Source of the DNA: Clostridia bacterium
GTDB lineage: Bacteria; Bacillota; Clostridia; Oscillospirales; CAG-272
Assembly (NCBI GenBank): GCA_017502975.1
Contig: JAFVTV010000015.1
Span: 6,473 to 70,472, forward strand
Direction of reading: 5' to 3'
Length of the DNA stretch: 64,000 nucleotides
In this document: piece after piece, positions 26,335-34,594 of the stretch
Numbering within the stretch: position 1 is the stretch's first letter
Layout: every line of letters starts with the position of its first letter
Notes under the pieces: generated by a model
The model's database searches: none
The model's input: the letters and a program-made list of their open reading frames with translations, nothing else
What the model was told of the DNA's origin: nothing
Made by a program: the position numbers and the translations under genes

Positions 26335-26363
26335 TTGCATTTTAGAAAAAATTGTGATATAAT
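26335..26363 (+). promoter_or_regulatory. sigma-A promoter (extended -10) for rplS
   Basis: TTGCAT (26335-26340), 17 nt, TGaTATAAT (26355-26363). Confidence 0.65.
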
Positions 26364-26448
26364 ATCACGCGTGTGTGTCAAACACGAATTTAAGGGTGGT
26401 CCGCTGCGAAGCTCTGCATGAACATCCGGATTTTAAAGGAGGCCAAAC
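26364..26448 (+). promoter_or_regulatory. possible ribosomal protein L19 leader RNA
   Basis: An ~85-nt structured-looking 5' UTR before a stand-alone rplS. Firmicutes are known to carry an L19 autoregulatory leader. I cannot verify the fold by eye. Confidence 0.3.
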
Positions 26449-26790
26449 ATGAACTTGATTCAGGCTTTTACAAACGAGCAGTTGAAGACAGAGGTACCCG
26501 TGATTCGCATTGGTGACACCATTCGTATTCACAACAAGATCGTTGAGGGTACCAAGGAGAGAATCCAGCTTTTCGAGGGTACCGTTATCGCTAAGCACGG
26601 TGGCGGCATTTCCGAGACCTTCACAGTAAGACGCGTTTCTTACGGTGTTGGTGTTGAGAAGACCTTCCCGCTTCATTCCCCCAACGTTGCAAAGGTAGAG
26701 GTTGTTCGCGTGGGTAAGGTTCGCCGCGCAAAGCTTTACTATCTGCGTGACCGTATGGGCAAAGCTTCTAAGGTTAAAGAAAAGATCTAA
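26449..26790 (+). CDS. rplS: 50S ribosomal protein L19
   Basis: [60 protein letters not shown] is unmistakably L19. Confidence 0.98.
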   Translation: MNLIQAFTNEQLKTEVPVIRIGDTIRIHNKIVEGTKERIQLFEGTVIAKHGGGISETFTVRRVSYGVGVEKTFPLHSPNVAKVEVVRVGKVRRAKLYYLRDRMGKASKVKEKI

Positions 26791-26806
26791 ATTCTCAAAG
26801 AAAATG

Positions 26807-26838
26807 GGCGGTTGCTTTTGCAGCCGCCCGTTTTCTTA
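26807..26838 (+). terminator. rho-independent terminator after rplS
   Basis: GGGCGGTTGC-TTTT-GCAGCCGCCC followed by GTTTTCTT. Confidence 0.8.
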
Positions 26839-26846
26839 CAGATAGA

Positions 26847-26879
26847 AAACATCCCCCGCCAAGCGGGGGATGTTTTTTA
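26847..26879. terminator. bidirectional hairpin terminator (serves the convergent pck gene)
   Basis: AAAACATCCCCCGC-CAA-GCGGGGGATGTTTT is a perfect 14-bp stem with A/T runs on both sides. Confidence 0.85.
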
Positions 26880-26888
26880 TTGGTTTAA

Positions 26889-28682
26889 TTAACCAAGGCG
26901 AGCTTCAAGAGCTGCAAGCTCCTCGTACATGGTAGCGGGAACAGCCTCGCCAACCTGTGCGTAGAATGCCTTGATGTTTTCGATGTCAGCCTTCCAGGAC
27001 GCAACGTCAACGGAAAGGAGATCGCGGATGGTGTCGATGGTGATGTCCTCGAGACCCTCGATGTTGATATCCTCAGCCTTCGGAACGTAACCGATAGCAG
27101 TCTCAACAGCGTCAACCTTATCCTCGCAACGAGCCAGGATCCAGAGAAGAACGCGGAGGTTGTCACCGAAGCCGGGCCAAATGAAGTGACCCTCGTCGTC
27201 GGTACGGAACCAGTTTACGTGGAAGATCTTGGGAGCGTTGGGAATCTTCTTGCCCATGTCGAGCCAGTGCTGCCAGTAGTCACCCATGTTGTAGCCAACG
27301 AAGGGACGCATAGCCATGGGGTCGCGGCGAACCACGCCAACCGCACCTGCTGCTGCTGCAGTGGTCTCGGAAGCCATGATAGAGCCAACGAAGGAGCCGT
27401 GCTGCCAGTTGAAGGACTGGTAAACCAGAGGAGCAGTCTTTGCACGACGGCCGCCGAATACGATAGCGGATACCGGAACACCCTTCAGGCTGTTAAACTC
27501 GGGGGAAATGCAGGGGCAGTTCGCAGCGAGTGCCGTGAAACGGGAGTTGGGATGTGCGCCGGCGGTTGCAGCCTTGTTTGCTTTGTCGTACTTGGAGATA
27601 TCCCAAGGATTGCCTCTCCAGTCGATAGCGTTTGCGGGAGGATTGTCGTTAAGACCTTCCCACCAAACGGTGTTGTTGTCAAGATCGTGAACCACGTTGG
27701 TGAAGATGGTGTCACGCAGGCAGGTATGAAGCGCGTTGGGGTTCGATTTCTCGTTGGTGCCGGGAGCAACGCCGAAAAAGCCGTTCTCAGGGTTAACAGC
27801 GTAAAGCTTGCCGTCTTCCTTGTTAACACGCAGCCAAGCAATGTCGTCACCTACGCACTCAACCTCATAGCCCTCAGCCTTAAGAGCCTTGGGGGGAATG
27901 AGCATTGCAAGGTTGGTCTTACCGCAAGCAGAGGGGAATGCGGCGGTGATATATTTCTTCTCGCCATTGGGGTACTTCACGCCGAGAATGAGCATGTGCT
28001 CTGCCATCCAACCCTCTTTACGGCCGAGGTAGGATGCGATACGAAGTGCAAAGCACTTCTTGCCGAGCAGTACGTTTCCGCCGTAGCCGGAGTTAACGGA
28101 CATGATCTCGTTGGTCTCGGGGAAGTGAGTGATATAACGGTTCTCAGCGTCGATGTCAGCGCGTGCGTGCAGACCCTTGATGTAGTCTGCGCTGTCGCCA
28201 AGTGCCTCAAGAACGTTGGTGCCAACGCGAGTCATGATGAGCATGTTAAGCACAACGTAAATGGAGTCGGTCAGCTCGATACCGTATTTTGCAAAATCAG
28301 AGCCTACAACACCCATGGAATAAGGAATCACGTACATGGTGCGACCCTTCATGGAGCCACGGTAAAGCTTGAAGAGCTTTTCCTTCATCTCGGCGGGAGC
28401 CATCCAGTTGTTGATATTACCTGCATCCTCTTTCTTGGTGGTGCAGATAAAGGTTCTGTCCTCTACGCGCGCAACGTCGTTGATTGCGGTGCGGTGCAGG
28501 TAGCAGTTGGGCAGAAGCTCTTGGTTGAGTTTAATGATCTCACCGGTAGAGCAAGCCTCAGCGCGAAGTGCCTCAGCCTGTTCCTCGCTACCGTCGATCC
28601 AAACGATCTTGTCGGGCTGAGTCATGGCAGCCATTTCGTCGATCCAAGACAAAACGAACTTGTTGTTGGTCAAATTAGCCAT
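26889..28682 (-). CDS. pckG: phosphoenolpyruvate carboxykinase (GTP)
   Basis: 597 aa: WIDGSEEQ, FPSACGKTNLAML (the kinase-1a P-loop of GTP-PEPCK), NPENGFFGVAPGT, VNWFR. Confidence 0.95.
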   Translation of the reverse strand: MANLTNNKFVLSWIDEMAAMTQPDKIVWIDGSEEQAEALRAEACSTGEIIKLNQELLPNCYLHRTAINDVARVEDRTFICTTKKEDAGNINNWMAPAEMKEKLFKLYRGSMKGRTMYVIPYSMGVVGSDFAKYGIELTDSIYVVLNMLIMTRVGTNVLEALGDSADYIKGLHARADIDAENRYITHFPETNEIMSVNSGYGGNVLLGKKCFALRIASYLGRKEGWMAEHMLILGVKYPNGEKKYITAAFPSACGKTNLAMLIPPKALKAEGYEVECVGDDIAWLRVNKEDGKLYAVNPENGFFGVAPGTNEKSNPNALHTCLRDTIFTNVVHDLDNNTVWWEGLNDNPPANAIDWRGNPWDISKYDKANKAATAGAHPNSRFTALAANCPCISPEFNSLKGVPVSAIVFGGRRAKTAPLVYQSFNWQHGSFVGSIMASETTAAAAGAVGVVRRDPMAMRPFVGYNMGDYWQHWLDMGKKIPNAPKIFHVNWFRTDDEGHFIWPGFGDNLRVLLWILARCEDKVDAVETAIGYVPKAEDINIEGLEDITIDTIRDLLSVDVASWKADIENIKAFYAQVGEAVPATMYEELAALEARLG

Positions 28683-28740
28683 TGTTTACATTTCCTCCTA
28701 AAATTTTCAACTGTGTAGAGCAGTCAAATCTACGAAATAG

Positions 28741-28769
28741 ATTTTACTATATTTTTGCACAATTTTCAA
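28741..28769 (-). promoter_or_regulatory. sigma-A promoter for pck
   Basis: On the minus strand: TTGAAA (28769-28764), 17 nt, TAAAAT (28746-28741). Confidence 0.5.
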
Positions 28770-28887
28770 CTAAAACTTTCAAAGGTTACAAATTATTAAC
28801 ATTTAATTTTTTTATTTTTATAATTAAATATTTAATTTTTATAATGTTAATGTTTTTTGCAAGATTTTGGATTAAAACTTGCAAAAA

Positions 28888-30471
28888 TCATTGTATACCT
28901 TCATCTGCTTGCTTACGCGTGGAAAAGCGTTTTTTGTCTGTGCCAAGAAGCGATGCGGAAAGCCATTTTACATCGCTTGCGGGTAGCGTGTGAGTCAGCA
29001 AAAGCAGCGCAAAATACAGTGCACTCACGATTAGGATGTGTAAAACAAGCGTGGCGGCGGTGCTTGCGTGAGCAGTGAAAAAATGAAGCAGCAGATTTGC
29101 AATCACGGTGGCACCAATCGCCGCAAAGAGGGGGCGCACAAACAGGGAAACGATTTTCGGTCGGTATCCGCTCACCTTTAGCAAGCGACAGATGCTGCAT
29201 GCAGCATTAAATATCTCAGTAACGTAAATGGTAACCAAATAGCCGCTTATGCCCATGTGAGGAACGAGAAGCCATACCAAAATTACCGAGATTAGCGCAT
29301 CAATAATATTAACATTCATGGAATAGACCTGCTCGCCAAGCCCCTTGAGCAGAGCATCGGTTGCGGTGTCAATATACATGATGGGAATCAGCGGTGCAAG
29401 CAACTTGATAAAACGGCCAACCTCACTACTGCTATAAAGCACCTCGCCAAGCTCACCCGAGAGAAAGAGCATGACCGCTGCCGTGCCAATGGAAAAGAGC
29501 AGTGCGGCTTGGTAAGCGCGCCCGGCGATATAACGGATCTCGCGCTTGTTTCCAATGGTGTTTTGTTCTGTGATTTCGGGTATGAGCAAGGCGGAAAAGG
29601 AGGAGAGGATTGCCGCCGGATAAAGGATTACGGGTAGTGCCATGCCGTGTAGCGTTCCGTAAGCAGCAAGTGCTGCAGAATTTCCTGCTCCGTAGGCTTG
29701 AAGTCCGCGAGGAATTAAAATATGTTCTATTGTTAGTAAACCAGACCGCATATATGCGCTGATTGCAACGGGCAACGCAATTGCCGCCACATTGATTTTT
29801 GAACCGTTTTTTTGCTGCTTGATGCCTTTGAAATGGCGCTTGTCAAGCATGTAAAGCACAAGGTTTAAAAGGAAGGTGAGCGTTTCGGAAACGGCACCGC
29901 CCATTAAGATTGCAAGGATGCTGCCCTCTACTGTGTTGGGTGCAACGAGAACGAGTAAGTAGCCTGTGAAAGTGATTTTTACGGCTTGCTCCGTTACCTG
30001 TGCTATCGCGTTTTTGTAGGCGCGTCGCATCGCGGTAAAGTATCCGTTGAACACGGCGCTTACCGCAATGGGAAACAGGGTGAAGGCAAGCATGGTGAGC
30101 GCACGTACGGTGCGTGCATCCTTCAGAACATATAAGCCGATGGGGCGCGCGAGTGCAAAGAGCAGGATGCTTGCCAGGGACCCGAAAAACGCGGCATACG
30201 ACAGGCAAGCACAAAGGCACTTTCTGTTTTCGGCGCCGCCCGAGAGTTTTAAACGCTCGGCAAAGGTGCGCACCGTGGCAAGATGAATACCGGAGGTGGC
30301 AAGTGTTACCGCAAAGCCATAAACACCCGAAACCAGAGAAAGTAGTCCCATAGCCTCGGCGCCTACCTTTCCCGACACATATACATTAAACCCAACGCTT
30401 ACGGTGCGCATCAGGAGTGTTACCACCGTTAAGAGCAGGGCGTTATAAAAATACTGTTGCTTTGTTTTCAT
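28888..30471 (-). CDS. spoVB: stage V sporulation protein B (MOP-family flippase)
   Basis: MKTKQQYFYNALLLTVVTLLMRTVSVGFNVYVSGKVGAEAMGLLSLVSGVYGFAVTLATSGI is the typical SpoVB N-terminus. 527 aa, polytopic. Confidence 0.8.
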   Translation of the reverse strand: MKTKQQYFYNALLLTVVTLLMRTVSVGFNVYVSGKVGAEAMGLLSLVSGVYGFAVTLATSGIHLATVRTFAERLKLSGGAENRKCLCACLSYAAFFGSLASILLFALARPIGLYVLKDARTVRALTMLAFTLFPIAVSAVFNGYFTAMRRAYKNAIAQVTEQAVKITFTGYLLVLVAPNTVEGSILAILMGGAVSETLTFLLNLVLYMLDKRHFKGIKQQKNGSKINVAAIALPVAISAYMRSGLLTIEHILIPRGLQAYGAGNSAALAAYGTLHGMALPVILYPAAILSSFSALLIPEITEQNTIGNKREIRYIAGRAYQAALLFSIGTAAVMLFLSGELGEVLYSSSEVGRFIKLLAPLIPIMYIDTATDALLKGLGEQVYSMNVNIIDALISVILVWLLVPHMGISGYLVTIYVTEIFNAACSICRLLKVSGYRPKIVSLFVRPLFAAIGATVIANLLLHFFTAHASTAATLVLHILIVSALYFALLLLTHTLPASDVKWLSASLLGTDKKRFSTRKQADEGIQ

Positions 30472-30622
30472 AAAATTTCACCTCAAAAAACTCTATTCAA
30501 AATTTTAGGCGCTTAACACACATTACCGTCTTTACAAACCAAAAAAAATATGCTAAGATGAAATTGTAGCAGGATAGAAGCGTATATAAGAGTGTGTAAT
30601 GTTTTTCTTTGGAGGTACGAAT

Positions 30623-31267
30623 ATGGCAGCAAAATTGTCTATTACGATCGGCAGACAGTACGGCAGCGGCGGTAAGGATATCGGTATGCGCCTGGGCGAG
30701 CTACTCGGATTTCGCGTTTATGACAGGGAACTGCTTTTCATAGCAGCGCAAAAAAACGGTATCAGTGCCGATGCGCTCCGACGCGTGGATGAAAAGGCGA
30801 ATAACAGCCTGCTTTATACGCTTGCAATGGGCACCTCGCTTTACGGTGCGCGGAATTTTGGGATAGATGTGCCTATCAATGACCAACTGTTTATTACACA
30901 GACCGATATTATTAAGCAGGCGGCGCAGGAGGAGAATTGCATTTTTGTAGGTCGTTGTGCCGACTATGTGCTGCGCAACTATCCCCATCGCATCAGCGTC
31001 TTTGTACATGCCGATAAGGAAACAAGAATAGCACGTATCAGGGAGGAGCTTGGCGTTGGTCACGATGAGGCAGTATCTTTGATCAACAAAACCGATAAGC
31101 GCCGCATCAATTACTATAATTTTTACACCGGAAAAAAGTGGGGAAAGCCCGAGAATTACCATATTTGCGTTGACAGCTCCTTGCTTGGTATAGAGGGCTC
31201 GGCGCAAATGATTGCCAATATCGCAAGGCTTTATATGACAAATTCCCGGGATCAAGAGGAGCAATAA
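30623..31267 (+). CDS. cytidylate-kinase-like family protein (P-loop NMP-kinase fold, function unknown)
   Basis: ITIGRQYGSGGKDIGMRLGELLGFRVYDRELL is typical of the Cytidylate_kin2 family. The ATG at 30623 follows GGAGG. Confidence 0.75.
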   Translation: MAAKLSITIGRQYGSGGKDIGMRLGELLGFRVYDRELLFIAAQKNGISADALRRVDEKANNSLLYTLAMGTSLYGARNFGIDVPINDQLFITQTDIIKQAAQEENCIFVGRCADYVLRNYPHRISVFVHADKETRIARIREELGVGHDEAVSLINKTDKRRINYYNFYTGKKWGKPENYHICVDSSLLGIEGSAQMIANIARLYMTNSRDQEEQ

Positions 31268-31320
31268 TCCCCTTGATTTTTGGGCATAATGACAAAAATG
31301 TTAAAACAGTAAAAATATAC

Positions 31321-31349
31321 TTGACAACTTGGTGACTGCTGATTATGAT
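31321..31349 (+). promoter_or_regulatory. sigma-A promoter for rubredoxin
   Basis: TTGACA (31321-31326), 17 nt, TATGAT (31344-31349). Confidence 0.65.
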
Positions 31350-31385
31350 ATATATTGCAAATGTCAGTCATAGAGGAGGTTTTGT

Positions 31386-31562
31386 ATGACAGCTTATATT
31401 TGTGAACTTTGTGGTTATGTGTACGATCCGCACAACGGTGAGCCCGAAAACGGAATTGCAGAGGGTACTGAATTTGAGGATCTGCCTGAGGATTATGTTT
31501 GCCCGCTTTGCGGCGCTTCAAAAGAAGATTTTGAGCCCGTAAACGGTGAGGATGACGCGTAA
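31386..31562 (+). CDS. rubredoxin (58 aa; absent from the supplied ORF track)
   Basis: Own translation: [58 protein letters not shown]. It has both CxxCG knuckles and the conserved YxYDP / FEDLP / W(Y)xCPxCG blocks. GAGGAGG lies 6 nt upstream. Confidence 0.93.
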   Translation: MTAYICELCGYVYDPHNGEPENGIAEGTEFEDLPEDYVCPLCGASKEDFEPVNGEDDA

Positions 31563-31597
31563 GTCGTTCCATTTTCCTTAAAACAGAATGATAAAAC

Positions 31598-31634
31598 AAA
31601 AATCGGAAGTACTGCAGTGCTTCCGATTTTTTGT
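31598..31634 (+). terminator. rho-independent terminator after rubredoxin
   Basis: AATCGGAAGTAC-TGCA-GTGCTTCCGATT (one G.U pair) followed by TTTTTTG. Confidence 0.85.
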
Positions 31635-31654
31635 TGCAAATCAAGAAAAAAATA

Positions 31655-31670
31655 TGCATAAATTTATGCA
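31655..31670. repeat. perfect 16-bp palindrome upstream of the nusB promoter
   Basis: TGCATAAATTTATGCA equals its own reverse complement. It is flanked by direct ATATGCA copies at 31653-31659 and 31672-31678. Confidence 0.85.
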
Positions 31671-31687
31671 AATATGCACTTATTCTA

Positions 31688-31716
31688 TTGACATTATAAT
31701 TATTAAGGAGTATAAT
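31688..31716 (+). promoter_or_regulatory. consensus sigma-A promoter for the nusB cluster
   Basis: TTGACA (31688-31693), 17 nt, TATAAT (31711-31716). Confidence 0.7.
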
Positions 31717-31757
31717 AGTATAAAAATTTTAAACTTTAAGGGACAAAGGAAAGCACC

Positions 31758-32177
31758 ATGGCTATCAACAGAACACAAGCACGCGAGGCTGTATTTCAAT
31801 TGTTGTTTGAAACCGAATTTAAATCCGCCGAGGCAAGAGAGGATATTTTTGCTCTTTCCTGTGAAAATCGCGAGATTGAAGCAAATGATTATATCAAAAA
31901 CGCTTATTTTGGCGTGTACGAGCATCAAGAGGAAATCGATGCGTTGATCGGTAAATATGCAAGGGGTTGGAAAACAGCGCGCATTTCTCGCGTTTCTCGC
32001 TCAATCCTGCGTCTTTCGATTTATGAGATGCTGTATATGCGCGACATCCCCGCAAGCGTTTCGATCAACGAGGCGATCGAGCTTTGCAAAAAGTTTGATG
32101 AGGAGAGTGCGCGTGCATTTGTCAACGGCATTCTCAACAGTATAAAGGAAGAACTGTTTGGTGCCAACAATGCGTGA
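31758..32177 (+). CDS. nusB: transcription antitermination factor NusB
   Basis: RTQAREAVFQLLFETEF...ISRVSRSILRLSIYEMLYMRDIPASVSINEAIELCKKF...FVNGILN. Confidence 0.93.
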   Translation: MAINRTQAREAVFQLLFETEFKSAEAREDIFALSCENREIEANDYIKNAYFGVYEHQEEIDALIGKYARGWKTARISRVSRSILRLSIYEMLYMRDIPASVSINEAIELCKKFDEESARAFVNGILNSIKEELFGANNA

Positions 32178-33129
32178 GGCATGCTATATTGGCATTGATA
32201 CCAGCAACTATACCACCTCGGTGGCAGTTGCAAATGAGAGAGGGGATATCATTGCAAACCTCAAGACACCGCTGCCCGTAAAAGAGGGAGAACGCGGCCT
32301 TAGGCAAAGCGATGCGGTGTTTGCGCACACCAAAAATTTACCCTCGCTGCTTGATGGCTTGCGTGACAGCATCAAGGGGCTTAGCCCCGTGGCTGTTTGC
32401 TATTCGCAAAAGCCGCGCAATGCTAAGGACTCTTATATGCCGTGCTTTCTGTCGGGCGCCGTTGCGGCGCATGCCATTGCCGCGGCGCTGGATATCCCGA
32501 TCTACACCTGCTCACACCAAGAGGGGCATGTGATGGCGGCACTTTACGGTGCGGGAGTGCTTGAAGCGTTCTCGGATAAGCCGTTTGGCGCTTTTCATGT
32601 ATCGGGCGGCACGACCGAGGCACTCTTTGTCATCCCCGCTGAGGACGCTCTTGATATTCGGCTGCTTGGCGGCAGTGCGGATCTTCATGCAGGACAGGCG
32701 ATTGACCGCATTGGCGTTGCCATGGGCTTGCCGTTTCCGTGCGGACCGCACCTTGAGGTGCTGGCAAGGGAAAACACGAAAAAAATTCCCAAGCCGCGTA
32801 TTTGTGTGTCAGAGATTACCTGTCACCTGTCGGGGCTTGAAAACCTTGCCTTAAAGCTGCTTACTGACACGGGTGATAAGCCGTTGGTGGCGGCGTATGT
32901 GCTTCGGTTTATCTCCGATACGCTCTTTGTTATGGCAAAGCATGTACGAGAGGGAAATCCCGATTTGCCGCTTGTGTTTGGTGGTGGTGTGATGAGCAAC
33001 CGTATCATTGCCGCGGAGCTCACGGCTAAACTTGGGCGCGATGTATATTTTTCTGCCCCTGCCTTTTCTGCGGATAATGCGGCGGGCGTGGCACTTCTGT
33101 GCCGCAAAAAAGCAAAGTTTTTGCAATAA
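32170..33129 (+). CDS. Kae1/TsaD-like (glycoprotease/M22, ASKHA fold) family protein, divergent subfamily
   Basis: IGIDTSNYTTSVAV (TsaD has GIETSCDET), SHQEGHVMAAL (an HxxGH metal site), and the C-terminal GGGVMSN. It overlaps the nusB stop by 8 nt. Confidence 0.7.
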   Translation: MREACYIGIDTSNYTTSVAVANERGDIIANLKTPLPVKEGERGLRQSDAVFAHTKNLPSLLDGLRDSIKGLSPVAVCYSQKPRNAKDSYMPCFLSGAVAAHAIAAALDIPIYTCSHQEGHVMAALYGAGVLEAFSDKPFGAFHVSGGTTEALFVIPAEDALDIRLLGGSADLHAGQAIDRIGVAMGLPFPCGPHLEVLARENTKKIPKPRICVSEITCHLSGLENLALKLLTDTGDKPLVAAYVLRFISDTLFVMAKHVREGNPDLPLVFGGGVMSNRIIAAELTAKLGRDVYFSAPAFSADNAAGVALLCRKKAKFLQ

Positions 33130-33146
33130 TTTATAGGGGGGAGAAT

Positions 33147-34358
33147 ATGTCCGATCGTCTTTTAACGGTAACACAGCTGAATGAATACTTGAAATTGATG
33201 ATGGATAACAATCCCTTTCTTGCAGATGTATTTGTGCGCGGTGAAATCTCCAATTTTACCAACCACTATAAAACAGGACACTTTTATTTCTCGCTCAAGG
33301 ATGAAACTGGCACGCTGCGTGCGGTCATGTTTCGCTCGGCGGCGCAGTATGTGACCTTTAAGCCCGAAAACGGCATGAAGGTGATCCTGCGCGGGCGCGT
33401 ATCTGTTTTTCCGCGTGACGGGCAGTATCAAATTTATGTAAACGAAATGCAGCCCGATGGCATAGGTGCTTTGTATATCGCGTATGAGCAGCTGCGCCGC
33501 AAGCTTGAGGCAGAGGGGCTTTTTGAGGCATCGCGCAAAAAGCCCTTGCCTAAAATCCCTGCCGTTATAGGTCTTGTAACCTCGCCCACGGGCGCCGCTG
33601 TGCGTGATATGATCGATATTCTTTCTCGGCGTTTCCCGTGTGCACGCGTAATTTTGTATCCTGCCTTGGTGCAGGGGCAGGGGGCAGCCGAAAGCGTTGC
33701 TGCCGGCGTGCGGTTTTTCAATGAGTGCTTACCTGTCGACGTCATGATCGTAGGTCGCGGTGGCGGCTCGGCTGAGGATCTTTGGGCATTTAACGATGAA
33801 ATGCTTGCGCGTACTGTTGCTGCATCCCGCGTGCCTGTCATCTCTGCTGTCGGGCATGAAACGGATGTTACACTGTGTGATTTTGTGGCAGACCTGCGCG
33901 CCCCAACCCCCTCTGCCGCGGCAGAGCTGGCGGTGCCGGATGGCACAGAGCTGAAGAATGCGCTTGCAGCCAAGGAAACACTCTTATATAATACGCTGAT
34001 TAGCAGACTTACGGCGGCACGCGGTGCTGTTAATGCGTTGGCAAGTGCGCGTTCCATGCGCTCGCCGCTTGCGTATCTTGATGACAAGCGTATGTCACTC
34101 ATCTATCTCACACAGAAGCTGGAGCACCCTGTTGAACGGTGCCTTTTGCAGAGTAAAAACCGTTTTGCTGCGCTGTGTGGCAAGTTGGACACACTCAACC
34201 CCCTTAAAGTGCTTACACGCGGCTATGCCGCTGTTTTCGATCGGGATGGCAATGCCGTATCACGGGTAGGAGCACTTGATTTGGGAAAAGAAATCTCGGT
34301 TCGCATGGCTGATGGCACGTTTGATGCCACAGTAACAGATGTGCGGAAAGGTGAATAA
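33147..34358 (+). CDS. xseA: exodeoxyribonuclease VII large subunit
   Basis: LTVTQLNEYLK....F..V.VRGEISNF..H..GH.YFSLKD, and IITSPTGAA-like VTSPTGAAVRD...RGGGS.EDLW.FN. Confidence 0.93.
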   Translation: MSDRLLTVTQLNEYLKLMMDNNPFLADVFVRGEISNFTNHYKTGHFYFSLKDETGTLRAVMFRSAAQYVTFKPENGMKVILRGRVSVFPRDGQYQIYVNEMQPDGIGALYIAYEQLRRKLEAEGLFEASRKKPLPKIPAVIGLVTSPTGAAVRDMIDILSRRFPCARVILYPALVQGQGAAESVAAGVRFFNECLPVDVMIVGRGGGSAEDLWAFNDEMLARTVAASRVPVISAVGHETDVTLCDFVADLRAPTPSAAAELAVPDGTELKNALAAKETLLYNTLISRLTAARGAVNALASARSMRSPLAYLDDKRMSLIYLTQKLEHPVERCLLQSKNRFAALCGKLDTLNPLKVLTRGYAAVFDRDGNAVSRVGALDLGKEISVRMADGTFDATVTDVRKGE

Positions 34359-34360
34359 GT

Positions 34361-34594
34361 ATGGCAGAAAAGGAATTACAATTTGAAGAAGCGCTTCAAA
34401 GGCTTGAAGCGGTAGTGGAAAAGCTTGAGGCGGGAAATGTACCGCTTGACGCGGCGCTTTCTTATTATGAGGAGGGTGTTTCGCTCATCCGCCTTTGCAA
34501 CGAAAAAATAGATGCTGCGCAGCAGCGTGTTGAGGCTGTGCGGAAAACAGATAAGGGCTTTACCACAGAGCCGTTTGGCGGTGAAAAGGCATGA
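34361..34594 (+). CDS. xseB: exodeoxyribonuclease VII small subunit
   Basis: 77 aa. FEEALQRLEAVVEKLEAGNVPLDAALSYYEEGVSLIRLC is the XseB signature. Confidence 0.92.
   Translation: MAEKELQFEEALQRLEAVVEKLEAGNVPLDAALSYYEEGVSLIRLCNEKIDAAQQRVEAVRKTDKGFTTEPFGGEKA

Noticed and set aside
26365-26676. 103-aa minus-strand ORF opposite rplS and its leader
   Set aside because: It is antisense to an unmistakable ribosomal protein gene.
27186-28718. 510-aa plus-strand ORF antisense to GTP-PEPCK
   Set aside because: The minus-strand product carries the PEPCK-GTP signatures. The plus-strand ORF is Val/Gly/His-rich, lacks motifs and runs through the pck promoter.
28855-28886. Inverted repeat TTTGCAAG-N14-CTTGCAAA just past the spoVB stop, considered as its terminator
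   Set aside because: On the minus-strand transcript the stem is followed by A residues rather than a U-tract. The flanking T/A runs simply extend the stem, so it is not a canonical intrinsic terminator and I do not call it.
28682-28993. 103-aa plus-strand ORF in the pck-spoVB spacer
   Set aside because: It starts on the reverse complement of the pck start region, translates AT-rich promoter DNA (FIFIIKYLIFIML) and then runs antisense into spoVB.
31252-31947. Track ORFs 31252-31671 (minus), 31588-31947 (plus) and 31680-31928 (minus) covering the rubredoxin / nusB upstream region
   Set aside because: They run through a promoter, a terminator and AT-rich intergenic DNA. The real content is the 58-aa rubredoxin (31386-31562) and nusB (31758-32177).
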